Notes: generated by a model not told the origin, from the letters alone. A DNA stretch of 64,000 bases from a virus (IMGVR_UViG_3300021962_005968:491-64490), one strand, 5' to 3'. Counted from the first letter of the stretch, positions 1-10,174 are shown. Made by a program: numbers and translations.

Positions 1-1
1 A

Positions 2-697
2 GATTTCAAAGCTAAAGCAACATCTATTTTCGAAGCAGCAGTTATTGCTCGCGTAAATGCAGAAATGGATAAAGTTGCAGCATCTCTAGAAGAGAAATAT
101 GCGACTGATGTTGCAGAATACAAAGACGGTATCGTCGAAAAGATTGATTCATATCTCAACTATGTTGTTGAGAATTGGATGAAAGAAAATGAACTAGCCT
201 TAGAAAACGGTCTTCGCACTGAGATTGCTGAAGACTTTATGGCTGGGTTAAAAGTACTATTCAAAGAGCACTACATTGAAGTGCCTGAAGAGAAATACGA
301 TGTAATCGGTGAACTACAAGCCAAAGCTGCTGAACTCGAAGCAAAACTAGACGAAGCAATTGGCAGCAATGTAGACCTTAACAAAGAAGTCACTTCTTTA
401 AAGCGTCAAGCAGTTGTAGAAGAATTGTCCAAGGATTTAGCTGACACAGAAGCTGCAAAATTGGGCAAGCTATTAGAGGGTGTTGATTTTGAAAATGAAG
501 ATCTTTACAGAGAAAAAGTTTCTGTAATTAAAGAGAATTATTTTCCAAAGAATGTAGTAACAGAAGGCACTAGCCAATCTGTTCAAGCACAACAGACTTT
601 AACAGAAGAAACAGATGTTCCAACTGAATTTACAGATGGTTCGTCAGTAGTTTCTGCATATGCTAAAGCACTTTCAAGATCAATTAAAAGAGCGTAA
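2..697 (+). CDS. gp22: T4 gp22-like prohead core scaffold protein (5' truncated by window)
   Basis: Frame is open from position 2 (DFKAKATSIFEAAV...). Motif YLNYVVENWMKENELALENGLRTEIAEDF. Directly upstream of the major capsid gene. Confidence 0.93.
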   Translation, partial: DFKAKATSIFEAAVIARVNAEMDKVAASLEEKYATDVAEYKDGIVEKIDSYLNYVVENWMKENELALENGLRTEIAEDFMAGLKVLFKEHYIEVPEEKYDVIGELQAKAAELEAKLDEAIGSNVDLNKEVTSLKRQAVVEELSKDLADTEAAKLGKLLEGVDFENEDLYREKVSVIKENYFPKNVVTEGTSQSVQAQQTLTEETDVPTEFTDGSSVVSAYAKALSRSIKRA

Positions 698-726
698 TTT
701 TACGACATTCCATCAAGGAGAAAAAA

Positions 727-2040
727 ATGTTTTTATCTGAAAACCTACAACAAAAATGGCAAGCCATTTTAGAGCACCCTGATCTTCCAGAGATCAAGGA
801 TTCCTACAAGCGTGCAGTTACATCTGTATTGTTAGAGAACCAAGAGCGTTCACTACGTGAAGAGCGTAGCGCAATGTTTGAGGCAGCTCCAGCAAACAAT
901 ATTTCCGCAACAAACGGTATTGACAAGTATGATCCAATCATGATTGGTCTAGTACGCCGTGCAATGCCTAACCTAATGGCTTATGACATTTGCGGTGTTC
1001 AACCAATGACTGGCCCAACAGGCTTGATCTTCGCAATGCGTTCTACTTACGGCGGTGCTCGTACACCTTCAACAAGAACAGAAGCATTGTACAACGAAGC
1101 AAACACAGCATTCTCAGGCACAGGCGTTGCTCAAACACCAGCAGCAGGAACTTCTTTAGATCCTACAGGTACATTTACTTCTACAACAGCTGGTGGCGTA
1201 GCTACAGCAACAGCTGAAGCATTAGGTACTTCTGGTTCTGCAGCGTTCAACGAAATGTCTTTCTCTATTGATAAGACAACAGTTACTGCAAAATCACGTG
1301 CATTGAAAGCAGAATACACAGTTGAATTAGCACAAGACTTGAAAGCTATTCACGGTCTTGACGCTGAAGCAGAATTATCAAACATCTTGTCACAAGAATT
1401 TATGTTTGAAATTAATCGTGAAGTTGTTCGTACAATTTACAAAGTTGCTAAGCCTGGTTCACCAGCAACAGCAACTGCAGGTACATTCGACTTAGACGTT
1501 GACTCTAACGGACGTTGGTCTGTTGAGCGTTTCAAAGGTCTATTGTTCAACATTGAGCGCGATGCTAATCACATTGCTCAAGACACACGTCGTGGTAAAG
1601 GTAACTTCATCGTTTGCTCTGCAGACGTTGCAAGTGCATTAGCTATGTCAGGTGTTCTAGACTACGCTCCAGCTTTGAGCACAGGTCTAAATGTTGACGA
1701 TACAGGTAACACATTCGCAGGTGTATTGAATGGCCGTTACAGAGTTTACATTGATCCGTATTCCAGCAACCTAGGTGCAGCAAATCAGTTTTACATGGTT
1801 GGTTATAAGGGTTCTTCTCCTTATGACGCAGGTATGTTCTACTGCCCATATGTTCCTTTACAAATGGTTCGCGCAGTTGATCCTAACAGCTTCCAGCCAA
1901 AGATTGGTTTCAAGACACGTTATGGTTTAATTGCTAACCCATACGTTGTACAATCAGACGGTTATACAAATGATGCAGACACATTTACGGCTGATCGTAA
2001 TCAGTACTATCGTCGTACACGTGTATTGAACTTAATGTAA
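727..2040 (+). CDS. gp23: T4 gp23-like major capsid protein
   Basis: Motifs GVQPMTGPTGLIFAMR, AKSRALKAEYTVELAQDLKAIHGLDAE and YCPYVPLQM...FQPKIGFKTRYG. AAGGAG RBS. Confidence 0.99.
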   Translation: MFLSENLQQKWQAILEHPDLPEIKDSYKRAVTSVLLENQERSLREERSAMFEAAPANNISATNGIDKYDPIMIGLVRRAMPNLMAYDICGVQPMTGPTGLIFAMRSTYGGARTPSTRTEALYNEANTAFSGTGVAQTPAAGTSLDPTGTFTSTTAGGVATATAEALGTSGSAAFNEMSFSIDKTTVTAKSRALKAEYTVELAQDLKAIHGLDAEAELSNILSQEFMFEINREVVRTIYKVAKPGSPATATAGTFDLDVDSNGRWSVERFKGLLFNIERDANHIAQDTRRGKGNFIVCSADVASALAMSGVLDYAPALSTGLNVDDTGNTFAGVLNGRYRVYIDPYSSNLGAANQFYMVGYKGSSPYDAGMFYCPYVPLQMVRAVDPNSFQPKIGFKTRYGLIANPYVVQSDGYTNDADTFTADRNQYYRRTRVLNLM

Positions 2041-2091
2041 TCTATACATTATTAAACCGACATTAAGATCGGTACAGTCCTAGACTGATTT

Positions 2092-2118
2092 AAAGGGGGA
2101 AGAAATTCCCCCTTTTTT
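2092..2118 (+). terminator. Rho-independent terminator after gp23
   Basis: AAAGGGGGAA-GAAA-TTCCCCCTTT hairpin followed by a T-run. Confidence 0.9.
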
Positions 2119-2123
2119 GCCTT

Positions 2124-2131
2124 TATAAATA
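2124..2131 (+). promoter_or_regulatory. T4-type late promoter (gp55-dependent)
   Basis: TATAAATA upstream of the gp3-like gene. Confidence 0.8.
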
Positions 2132-2154
2132 TTAATGTTAGCAAAGGATGTTAA

Positions 2155-2739
2155 ATGTACACTGCAAATATAGATGTTTTACAACAGAACTATAATAGTT
2201 CTCTTCCTAAGACATACGATTTTCTAAGACCAAACGCGTTTAAATTTTCGGTAAAAGATTTACCTGGTACTTCTTTTACTTGTCAATCGGCAAATTTACC
2301 GCAATTGTCTTTGGGTTTTGCAGTACAGCCAACACCCTTTGTTGATGTTCCTCGTATTGGTGATAAATTAGATTTCGGAGAATTCACTATTAGATTTATT
2401 ATATCTGAAGATATGTCAAATTATTTAGAATTATATAGATGGCTAATTGCATTGGGATTTCCTCAAGACTACACGCAATTTGGACAATTTGTTAAGAATA
2501 GACCAAGTGCATTTCCATTTAAAACAAACTTAAAAGGTGAATCAGAAGTTTTGGCATACTCGGATGGTACTTTAACGATTTTAGACTCGACAAATACCCC
2601 TAAAGTAAATATAATATATAAAGACATATTCCCGGTGTCTTTGGAAGCTTTGGATTTTGATATAGCTTCAGCAAGCGTTGAATATTTTACGGCAATCGCT
2701 TCATTTAAATATACCCTGTTTGAGGTGGAGCAACTTTAA
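2155..2739 (+). CDS. gp3: T4 gp3-like tail tube terminator/sheath stabilizer
   Basis: Motifs FLRPNAFKF...FTCQSANLP, GDKLDFGEFTIRF and FPVSLEALDFD. Synteny after gp23. Confidence 0.85.
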   Translation: MYTANIDVLQQNYNSSLPKTYDFLRPNAFKFSVKDLPGTSFTCQSANLPQLSLGFAVQPTPFVDVPRIGDKLDFGEFTIRFIISEDMSNYLELYRWLIALGFPQDYTQFGQFVKNRPSAFPFKTNLKGESEVLAYSDGTLTILDSTNTPKVNIIYKDIFPVSLEALDFDIASASVEYFTAIASFKYTLFEVEQL

Positions 2740-2756
2740 TTAACTATGGAGATTTT

Positions 2757-3656
2757 ATGGCAAATAATAAAACTGGTTTGAAAAACATTCCAAAAATTCC
2801 GGTACCAAAATTTAACAAACCGGCCGCAGCACCAGCTGCTCCTCAACAACCTCAACAAGGACAATTGCAAATCAACATTGATGATTTGCGTAAAGAGAAA
2901 ATCTTTATTGCTACTCCCTGTTACGGCGGCATGCTTACAGAAGCATATTTCCGTTCAATGGTTCGCACATTGACCTTCTTTAACCAACACCAAATTCCTA
3001 TTGCGTTTGGTACTATTGCGAATGAGTCTTTAGTTACTCGTGCCCGTAATGTGTTGGTTGCTTACTTCCTTCAAAGCAATTACACACGTTTATTATTCAT
3101 TGACGCAGACATTGAATTTCAAGTTGAAGATGTGTTGAAGCTAATTGCTCACAACAAAGAAGTTTGTGTTGGTGCATATCCTAAGAAGGGTGTTAACTGG
3201 CAACGTATTAAAGATAGCATTAATTCTAAACAAGGCAAAGAAATTTCTGATCGCGAAATTGCGGCTGCTGGTTCAGACTATGCAATTAACTTCAAATTCG
3301 TTAATCGCGACTTGAAACAAATTGCTATTGAGAATGGTGTTATTAAATTGCACGATGGAGCTACAGGCTTTATGATGATTAAGCGTGAAGCAGTCGACAA
3401 GATGATCGCAGCATATCCTGAGTTGAAGTATAACAATGACTTGAATACTCCTCCAGATTTGCAAGACTTCTTCTATGCATTCTTCGACACTATGATCGAT
3501 CCGAAAGACAAGCGTTATTTGTCTGAGGACTACACATTCAGCAGACGCTGGCAAGATATTGGTGGAGATATTTGGCTCGACCCAACAATCTCATTGAACC
3601 ACTATGGTTCTTTTAACTTCCAGGGTAATCCTGCACAAATTATTCAAATTGGGTAA
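2757..3656 (+). CDS. GT-A fold glycosyltransferase-like protein
   Basis: Motifs IFIATPCYGG, ESLVTRARN, LLFIDADI (DxD) and YLSEDYTF. Low-complexity P/A/Q N-terminus. Confidence 0.7.
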   Translation: MANNKTGLKNIPKIPVPKFNKPAAAPAAPQQPQQGQLQINIDDLRKEKIFIATPCYGGMLTEAYFRSMVRTLTFFNQHQIPIAFGTIANESLVTRARNVLVAYFLQSNYTRLLFIDADIEFQVEDVLKLIAHNKEVCVGAYPKKGVNWQRIKDSINSKQGKEISDREIAAAGSDYAINFKFVNRDLKQIAIENGVIKLHDGATGFMMIKREAVDKMIAAYPELKYNNDLNTPPDLQDFFYAFFDTMIDPKDKRYLSEDYTFSRRWQDIGGDIWLDPTISLNHYGSFNFQGNPAQIIQIG

Positions 3657-3663
3657 TTAAAAT

Positions 3664-4104
3664 ATGAAGCTCACAGATTTACAAAATCTGTGGGCAGATG
3701 ATTGCAAGATTGACGAAACTAATCTAGGTCATGAATCTGCTCGCACACCCACCTTACATTCTAAGTATTTAAATTTTTTATCATCTACTCGACTTAATTT
3801 ACGAAAAGCTGAGTCTGACTACTTAAACCTTCGCCGCAAAAAGTACAAATATTTCAGAGGAGAAATGACTCAACTGGAATTAACTGACGAAGGCTGGGAA
3901 CAATGGCAAGGAAATAAACCATTAAAAAATGAAATGGATGAATTTCTACAAGTAGATCCTGATCTAATTATTTTGCAAGACAAAATTGAATATTTTAAAA
4001 CAGTCATGTATCAGCTTGAACAAATTATTAGATCATTGAACAGTCGAACATGGGATATTAAAAATGCAATCGAATGGACTAAATTTACTAACGGTATGAT
4101 GTAA
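3664..4104 (+). CDS. uvsY: UvsY recombination mediator
   Basis: Motifs WADDCKID, LHSKYL and RTWDIKNAIEWTKF. Precedes uvsW. Confidence 0.9.
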   Translation: MKLTDLQNLWADDCKIDETNLGHESARTPTLHSKYLNFLSSTRLNLRKAESDYLNLRRKKYKYFRGEMTQLELTDEGWEQWQGNKPLKNEMDEFLQVDPDLIILQDKIEYFKTVMYQLEQIIRSLNSRTWDIKNAIEWTKFTNGMM

Positions 4105-5588
4105 TGTCTGATATAAGAATAAGAAAAAAGAATGAAGTATATTTAAATGTTGATGCTGAACCTTCAATTGCACAAGAATTGAACGATCATTTTTCATTTG
4201 AAGTACCCGGCGCAAAATTCCATCCTCTTTATAGATCAAAGATGTGGGATGGCCGTGTCCGTCTTTTTTCGATGTTCACAAAAGAACTGTATGTTGGTTT
4301 AAAAGATTATGTTGAACATTTTGCTAAAGAACGTGGATATACTGTGGATTATTCCGAGTATGTTCATACTGCTGACACCTGCACCCTTGAAGAAATACGA
4401 GAGTTTATTGCAAACTTAAATATTGGTTCAAAGGGCCAACCTCTTGAGATGAGAGATTATCAGGTTGAAGCTGTTTATAAAGCTATTAGCGATGGTAGAC
4501 GTTTGCTTTTATCCCCTACAGGTTCTGGTAAATCGTATATCATTTACTGTATTATGCGTTGGCACGAACAATTTAATCGTAGACAATTAGTTCTTGTTCC
4601 TACTACATCGCTTGTTGAGCAGATGTATTCCGATTTTCAAGATTATTCTTGTTTAAATGGATGGAAAGCATCTACCCATTGTCATCGTATTTACGGCGGC
4701 CATGAGAAGTCTAACGAATATGATGTTGTTATTAGTACTTGGCAATCAATCTATAAATTACCTAAAAAATTCTTTGATGATTTTCAGGCAATTTACGGAG
4801 ACGAAGCCCACTTATTTAAGGCAAAATCGTTAACGGGTATTCTAAATAAATGTCCCGGTGCACCGTATCGTGTAGGTACTACTGGCACATTGGATGGTAC
4901 TCAAACGCACAAACTAGTATTAGAGGGTTTATTTGGACCCGTGTATAAAGTTACTACAACTAAGAAACTTATTACAAGTAAGACCTTAGCAGATCTGCAA
5001 ATATATAATTTAATATTAGATTATTCGGATGAAATTAAAAAGGCACTTAAAGGAAAGACATATCAAGAAGAAATGGACTTTCTAGTACAGCATGAACCTC
5101 GAAATAAATTTATCCGCAATTTAACATTAAAGCAAGAGGGCAACAGTCTTGTACTATTTCAGTATGTTGAAAAACACGGTAAAGTATTATATGAGATGAT
5201 TAATTCGAAAGCCGAAAATCGAAAGGTGTTTTTTGTGTACGGAGGTACAGATACTGAACAGAGAGAACAAATTCGAGCATTGACAGAAACCGAAAAGGAT
5301 GCTATAATAGTAGCATCATATGGAACTTTCTCTACAGGAATAAATATTAAAAACCTACATAATATTATTTTTGCATCTCCCTCTAAATCTCGTATTAGAA
5401 ATTTGCAATCTATTGGTAGGGGATTGAGAACAAGTGAGACTAAAAGTAGTTGTAACTTATATGATATAGGCGATGATTTGACTTGGAAGTCTAAAAAGAA
5501 TTATACTTTATTACACATGATAGAACGAATCAAAATCTATAACGATGAACATTTTGAATACAAACTAATAAAAGTAAAACTACAATGA
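4104..5588 (+). CDS. uvsW: UvsW SF2 DNA helicase
   Basis: Walker A SPTGSGKS, DEAH, and LQSIGRGLR. Confidence 0.97.
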   Translation: MSDIRIRKKNEVYLNVDAEPSIAQELNDHFSFEVPGAKFHPLYRSKMWDGRVRLFSMFTKELYVGLKDYVEHFAKERGYTVDYSEYVHTADTCTLEEIREFIANLNIGSKGQPLEMRDYQVEAVYKAISDGRRLLLSPTGSGKSYIIYCIMRWHEQFNRRQLVLVPTTSLVEQMYSDFQDYSCLNGWKASTHCHRIYGGHEKSNEYDVVISTWQSIYKLPKKFFDDFQAIYGDEAHLFKAKSLTGILNKCPGAPYRVGTTGTLDGTQTHKLVLEGLFGPVYKVTTTKKLITSKTLADLQIYNLILDYSDEIKKALKGKTYQEEMDFLVQHEPRNKFIRNLTLKQEGNSLVLFQYVEKHGKVLYEMINSKAENRKVFFVYGGTDTEQREQIRALTETEKDAIIVASYGTFSTGINIKNLHNIIFASPSKSRIRNLQSIGRGLRTSETKSSCNLYDIGDDLTWKSKKNYTLLHMIERIKIYNDEHFEYKLIKVKLQ

Positions 5589-6013
5589 ACCAAACATATA
5601 AACTATTAAAACTTAACAGCGGTGAAGACATAGTTTGTAAAACTGAAGAAAACTTATCATTAACGGATAAACAGAGTATATTCATTCAAGATCCAATGGT
5701 TTTGAATCAAGTAAGGACTCAGTTTGGAGCAGGGGTAATGGAATCATATACATTGTCCCCTTGGCTTGCTTTATCCGATGATGAGTTTTATGAAATACCT
5801 GTACATTATATTATATTAGCTGCTAATGTTAAAGACACATTGAAAGATAATTATATCAAGTATGTACAAGATCGTAAAGAAGCTGAATTAAATGAAAGAA
5901 TGACAGCCGAAGATCTTGAAGTTGAAGAATCTGATAACCAAATTGAAAAAGAAGATAACCATGAAAACAGTAGCAACACCCCCAGAATTAGACGCGGAAA
6001 ACTTGTCCACTAA
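5585..6013 (+). CDS. Conserved T4-like phage hypothetical protein (Sm-like fold candidate)
   Basis: KLLKLNSGEDIVC N-terminus. Usual position between uvsW and gp55. Confidence 0.6.
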   Translation: MNQTYKLLKLNSGEDIVCKTEENLSLTDKQSIFIQDPMVLNQVRTQFGAGVMESYTLSPWLALSDDEFYEIPVHYIILAANVKDTLKDNYIKYVQDRKEAELNERMTAEDLEVEESDNQIEKEDNHENSSNTPRIRRGKLVH

Positions 6014-6566
6014 AAAGGCAATGCCTGTATCGTCGCATTATGTAGATAATAAAAAGTTTCTACAGGCACTTATAGAATATAGACAACTTGTAGATGAAGC
6101 CGCAGCTAGAGGCGAGGAAGCCCCGGTAGTTTCTAGATATATCGGTGAATGTTTTATTAAGATTGCTACGCACTTATCATATAAATCTAATTTTATTAAT
6201 TACACATTTAAAGATGATATGATTTCAGACGGCATTGAAAACTGTCTAACAGCTGTTGTAAAATTTGATCCTTCAAAATCTTCAAACCCATTTGCATACT
6301 ACACACAAATTATTTACTTTGCTTTTATTCGTCGTATCCAAAAAGAGAAAAAGCAACAGGCTACTAAATATAAATTGATTGAGAATATGGATATTGATTC
6401 ATTAATCTTACAAGAACATGACAATGGTGAATTTGGCACACAATTCCTAGATTACCTAAAACGACAAATGGACACAGTCGATATTGAGAAACGGGTAATG
6501 AACATTCCGAAAAAGGCTAAAAAAGTTCAAGATGATATCGAAAATCCGCTTGACCTTGATGACTAA
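5961..6566 (+). CDS. gp55: gp55 late-transcription sigma factor (start could be 6021)
   Basis: Motifs HYVDNKKFLQAL, DDMISDGIENC and NPFAYYTQIIYFAFIRRIQKEKKQ. Confidence 0.96.
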   Translation: MKTVATPPELDAENLSTKKAMPVSSHYVDNKKFLQALIEYRQLVDEAAARGEEAPVVSRYIGECFIKIATHLSYKSNFINYTFKDDMISDGIENCLTAVVKFDPSKSSNPFAYYTQIIYFAFIRRIQKEKKQQATKYKLIENMDIDSLILQEHDNGEFGTQFLDYLKRQMDTVDIEKRVMNIPKKAKKVQDDIENPLDLDD

Positions 6567-6578
6567 ACACTATATAAT
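6550..6578 (+). promoter_or_regulatory. Sigma70-like early promoter for the queE operon
   Basis: TTGACC-17 nt-TATAAT. Confidence 0.75.
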
Positions 6579-6604
6579 ATGTAGTATAAATTCTCGGAGA
6601 TGTT

Positions 6605-6775
6605 ATGGAAGTACAACCTAAAGATACGAGCAAGGGACATTTTTATGTTAGCCTTGCAAAAAGTTTTATTCGCATAGGAGCAGGCATTGCTCTTATTTGG
6701 CCAGAAAGTATTTTACTTGCTGGTTTTTTGTTAATTGTTGCAGAGATGCTCGGCATTCTTGAGGAGCTAGTATAA
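6605..6775 (+). CDS. Small membrane protein (56 aa, not in ORF track)
   Basis: GGAG RBS. MEVQPKDTSKGHFYVSLAKSFIRIGAGIALIW...LGILEELV is hydrophobic. Stop overlaps the queE start. Confidence 0.7.
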   Translation: MEVQPKDTSKGHFYVSLAKSFIRIGAGIALIWPESILLAGFLLIVAEMLGILEELV

Positions 6776-7644
6776 TGGCAAAATTGAAAGTATCAGAATT
6801 ATTTTATAGTATTCAGGGTGAAGGTAGGTACATGGGAGTACCTTCCGTGTTCTTGAGAACGTTCGGTTGCAACTTTACTTGCGACGGTTTTGGAATGCCG
6901 AAAGGTGAAAAAAGCGATGAAAGAAATGTTATTGCGATTAAGGCTGATAGCTTTAAAAATTATAATGACTTGCCTCTTGTACATACTGGTTGTGATTCCT
7001 ATGCTAGTTGGGATCCTCGTTTTAAGCATCTTAGCCCTGTACTCGACATTGAAGCTGTTGTGGAAGCAATCGTCGATTCCCTCCCAGGAAAAGAATGGCA
7101 AGACGAACACCTAGTAATTACAGGTGGTGAACCTTTATTGGGTTGGCAAAAACAATATCCCGAATTATTGAATCACTCTAAAATGTTAGCATTGAAAGAA
7201 CTAACATTTGAGACAAATGGCACTCAGCCACTGACATCTGATTTTAAACAATATCTTTTAAATTGGACTTTGAATAATAAAGGGCGTACTAGTAGAAGAG
7301 GAGCAGATGCTTTAACATTCTCAGTATCTCCTAAGTTATCAGTATCAGGTGAAAAATGGGAAGATGCTATTTGCCCTGAAATTGTAGCAGGTTATGAGTG
7401 GTGTGGATACACATATCTTAAATTTGTAATCGCATCACCTCAAGATGCAGAAGAAGCAGAAGAAGCAGTAAATGCATATCGTAAAGCTGGTTTTTCGGGT
7501 CCTGTGTATCTTATGCCTCTCGGCGGTACTGAGCAGTTGTACTCTATTAATAATCGCAATGTTGCAGAACTCGCAATGCGAAAAGGTTGGAGATATTCAG
7601 ATAGACTCCAAATTCCATTGTTTAAAAATGCCTGGGGCACTTGA
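6775..7644 (+). CDS. queE: 7-carboxy-7-deazaguanine synthase (radical SAM)
   Basis: Motifs ELFYSIQGEG, FLRTFGCNFTC...GCDS, VITGGEPLL, ETNGT and SVSPKL. Confidence 0.93.
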   Translation: MAKLKVSELFYSIQGEGRYMGVPSVFLRTFGCNFTCDGFGMPKGEKSDERNVIAIKADSFKNYNDLPLVHTGCDSYASWDPRFKHLSPVLDIEAVVEAIVDSLPGKEWQDEHLVITGGEPLLGWQKQYPELLNHSKMLALKELTFETNGTQPLTSDFKQYLLNWTLNNKGRTSRRGADALTFSVSPKLSVSGEKWEDAICPEIVAGYEWCGYTYLKFVIASPQDAEEAEEAVNAYRKAGFSGPVYLMPLGGTEQLYSINNRNVAELAMRKGWRYSDRLQIPLFKNAWGT

Positions 7645-8558
7645 TGATCAATATAAACACCGATAAAGATCTTTATAGGTGTGACCCTGAAGATTATATT
7701 TTTAAGTCTTTAGACTTTGCGAAGTCTTTGCCTATAGTAGAAGCAAACGATGTAAATATTCATTTCTTCTGGAAAGTGCCAGGGGTGTTCGGCCGTAAAC
7801 AATTATTGCCTATTAAATCTGCAATAGCAACTCAAAATTTAAATACTACAAAAATTATACTATGGTCTAATGTAGATTTAAGTGACAATGAATATTTAAA
7901 ACCATATCTTAAATATATTGATTTGAAAATATGGGATTTGCAAGCTGAGGCAAAAAATACTATTTTAGAAGATTGTCAATTTTTAAATAATGCGGAAGAT
8001 GGACTTAGATATTTAGATAGCGATATTTTTAGACTTTTATGTCTGCACAAGTATGGCGGTTTCTATTGCGATATGGACATGGTATTGTTGAGAGATTTTA
8101 ATCCGTTGACACCATATCAATTTGCTTATCAGTGGTCTGCGTCAGGTGTTGAATCTAAAATTAAATGGGCAGAATGGGATACAACTGTTTTAAATGTGAA
8201 CAATGCAATTGTTAATATTCACAGAGGCAGCAAGTTGTCGTTGGACTTATTGAATACGTTGAAACATACCAGACCGCAATCTCAATCAAATTGTTGGGGA
8301 AGAGATTTGCTTAACAGAGTAATCATTGGAAGAGATGATTGTGTTGTTTTCCCGTGTGCTTGGTTTAACACCGAATGGTTATATGTGGACAAACCAATAT
8401 TGTCATTTAGTGCATCATATGAGGCTAAGGATAAAGAATTTGATGGGGCGTTTACATGGCATTGGCATAATCAATGGGGCGCTGAAATTGAAGAGCACAG
8501 TAAGTTTTATAATTTAGAACAAAAAATTGAAAGACTTTTTATTGAAAAGGGGTTATAA
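7644..8558 (+). CDS. Glycosyltransferase, DxD sugar-binding (GT32/OCH1-like)
   Basis: SDIFRLLCLHKYGGFYCDMD motif. Confidence 0.8.
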   Translation: MININTDKDLYRCDPEDYIFKSLDFAKSLPIVEANDVNIHFFWKVPGVFGRKQLLPIKSAIATQNLNTTKIILWSNVDLSDNEYLKPYLKYIDLKIWDLQAEAKNTILEDCQFLNNAEDGLRYLDSDIFRLLCLHKYGGFYCDMDMVLLRDFNPLTPYQFAYQWSASGVESKIKWAEWDTTVLNVNNAIVNIHRGSKLSLDLLNTLKHTRPQSQSNCWGRDLLNRVIIGRDDCVVFPCAWFNTEWLYVDKPILSFSASYEAKDKEFDGAFTWHWHNQWGAEIEEHSKFYNLEQKIERLFIEKGL

Positions 8559-8559
8559 T

Positions 8560-8766
8560 ATGAATAGAATGAAATGGGATGTTGAAGAAATGGGACGCGA
8601 AATGCGTTCACCATATAACGATGGATTTTATACATTTGAAATTAAAAAGAAATTGTATGAAATTAAATGGGCAGTAGATAAACAACTAGAAAATTCGCCA
8701 ACATATGTAGGTGAACCAGAATGGTTAGAAGAAAACAATATAAATAATAAAGTTACACAACGGTAA
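8560..8766 (+). CDS. Hypothetical protein
   Basis: ORF in operon, contiguous with neighbours. Confidence 0.6.
   Translation: MNRMKWDVEEMGREMRSPYNDGFYTFEIKKKLYEIKWAVDKQLENSPTYVGEPEWLEENNINNKVTQR
8739..8746 (+). promoter_or_regulatory. T4-type late promoter upstream of folE
   Basis: TATAAATA about 60 nt before the folE start. Confidence 0.55.
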
Positions 8767-8807
8767 CGAATTTCAATTATCATATCCGAGTTAGGAAGGA
8801 TTCTAAA

Positions 8808-9494
8808 ATGTCATATAACAAAACAAAATGCGACCCCGAGTTAGGTCTTAAAGTTCACGAACATCTAGTTAAAATGGGAGTCGAAACTCCTATTAAAGAA
8901 ACAGGTCAATTAATTGATCGTAAGGGTAAGATCGATGTTATCGAATCTTTATTTACAGATATTATGAAAACACTTGGACTAGATCTTACAGATGATAGTC
9001 TAATTGAAACACCTAAGCGTGTTGCTAAAATGTATGTGAATGAAATTTTTTGGGGACTCGATTATGAGGCATTCCCAAAATGTACTACTGTAGATAACAA
9101 AATGCAGTATAACGAAATGGTATGTGAACGAAATGTTAATGTTCAAAGTAATTGTGAGCATCACTTTGTTGTAATTGATGGATTAGCTACTGTTGCTTAT
9201 GTTCCAAAGACTAGAGTACTTGGTTTGTCTAAGATCAATCGCATTGTAGAATATTTTAGTAAACGTCCTCAGATTCAAGAACGTCTAACAGAACAAGTAT
9301 TCCACACACTACAATATATTCTTGAGACTGAAGATGTTGCTGTATTAATCGATGCGCAGCATTACTGTGTTAAATCTCGAGGTGTTGAAGATACAGGTAG
9401 TTCAACAGTAACAGTTCGTCTAGGCGGCGGTTTTAAAAATGATCCAGCAGTAAGAAATGAATTTTATCAGATTGCTAGACAAGGTTGCAAATGA
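8808..9494 (+). CDS. folE: GTP cyclohydrolase I
   Basis: Motifs ETPKRVAKMY, SNCEHHF, GLSKINRIV, RPQIQERLT and HYCVKSRGV. Confidence 0.97.
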   Translation: MSYNKTKCDPELGLKVHEHLVKMGVETPIKETGQLIDRKGKIDVIESLFTDIMKTLGLDLTDDSLIETPKRVAKMYVNEIFWGLDYEAFPKCTTVDNKMQYNEMVCERNVNVQSNCEHHFVVIDGLATVAYVPKTRVLGLSKINRIVEYFSKRPQIQERLTEQVFHTLQYILETEDVAVLIDAQHYCVKSRGVEDTGSSTVTVRLGGGFKNDPAVRNEFYQIARQGCK

Positions 9495-9667
9495 TGGATT
9501 ATATTAATTTCAATTATTTGGCAATTGGTATTATAATTGGATATATTGCTAATCCACTAATGGCTGCGTTTTCAGCAATTATAATGAAGATATTATTCGA
9601 AACTAATTCTAATTGTACGCATAATTGCAATCAAGGGCGTAACTGCACTTGTAAGGAAAATAAATGA
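9491..9667 (+). CDS. Small membrane protein with Cys-rich tail
   Basis: Hydrophobic segment followed by CTHNCNQGRNCTC. Confidence 0.55.
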   Translation: MMDYINFNYLAIGIIIGYIANPLMAAFSAIIMKILFETNSNCTHNCNQGRNCTCKENK

Positions 9668-10173
9668 CAGTGAATGTAATGGTTGACTTGGAAACAATGT
9701 CAACAAGATCTAATGCAGCAATTTGTTCTATTGGTGCAGTAAAATTTGAAGGTGGAAAAATCATTGATAAGTTCTACTGCACAATAGATCTTGCTAGCTG
9801 CAAAGAAGCTGGTATGCATATCTCTAAAGATACTGTCGAATGGTGGTCTAAACAAAATAAAGAAGCATTGCGCGAATTAACTAAAAACAATATCTCATTA
9901 CAAGAAGCTCTTGATAAATTTGAATTGTGGTTTGGCCCTAAGAGTTTGCCTATTTGGGGCAATGGTGCAGTATTTGATAATACTATCTTAGGGAATGCTT
10001 ATTTTATTACAGGTAGAGAACCACCGTGGAAGTGCTGGGATGATCGTTGCTATAGAACAGCCAAAGCAATGTTTAATTGGATTCCTGCAGATGCGCGCGA
10101 AGGCACATACCATAACGCATTAGATGATGCGATTTATCAGACAAAACACTTAATTAAAATTCTTGGTGAGTAA
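9664..10173 (+). CDS. DEDDh 3'-5' exonuclease (Rv2179c/exonuclease VIII-like)
   Basis: Motifs VMVDLET, WGNGAVFDNTIL and HNALDDAIYQ. Confidence 0.85.
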   Translation: MTVNVMVDLETMSTRSNAAICSIGAVKFEGGKIIDKFYCTIDLASCKEAGMHISKDTVEWWSKQNKEALRELTKNNISLQEALDKFELWFGPKSLPIWGNGAVFDNTILGNAYFITGREPPWKCWDDRCYRTAKAMFNWIPADAREGTYHNALDDAIYQTKHLIKILGE

Positions 10174-10174
10174 T

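Noticed and set aside
8747-8807. Possible regulatory RNA in the folE leader
   Set aside because: Only short weak stems (GTTAC/GTAAC, ATCC/GGAT) are visible, which is insufficient without a covariation analysis.
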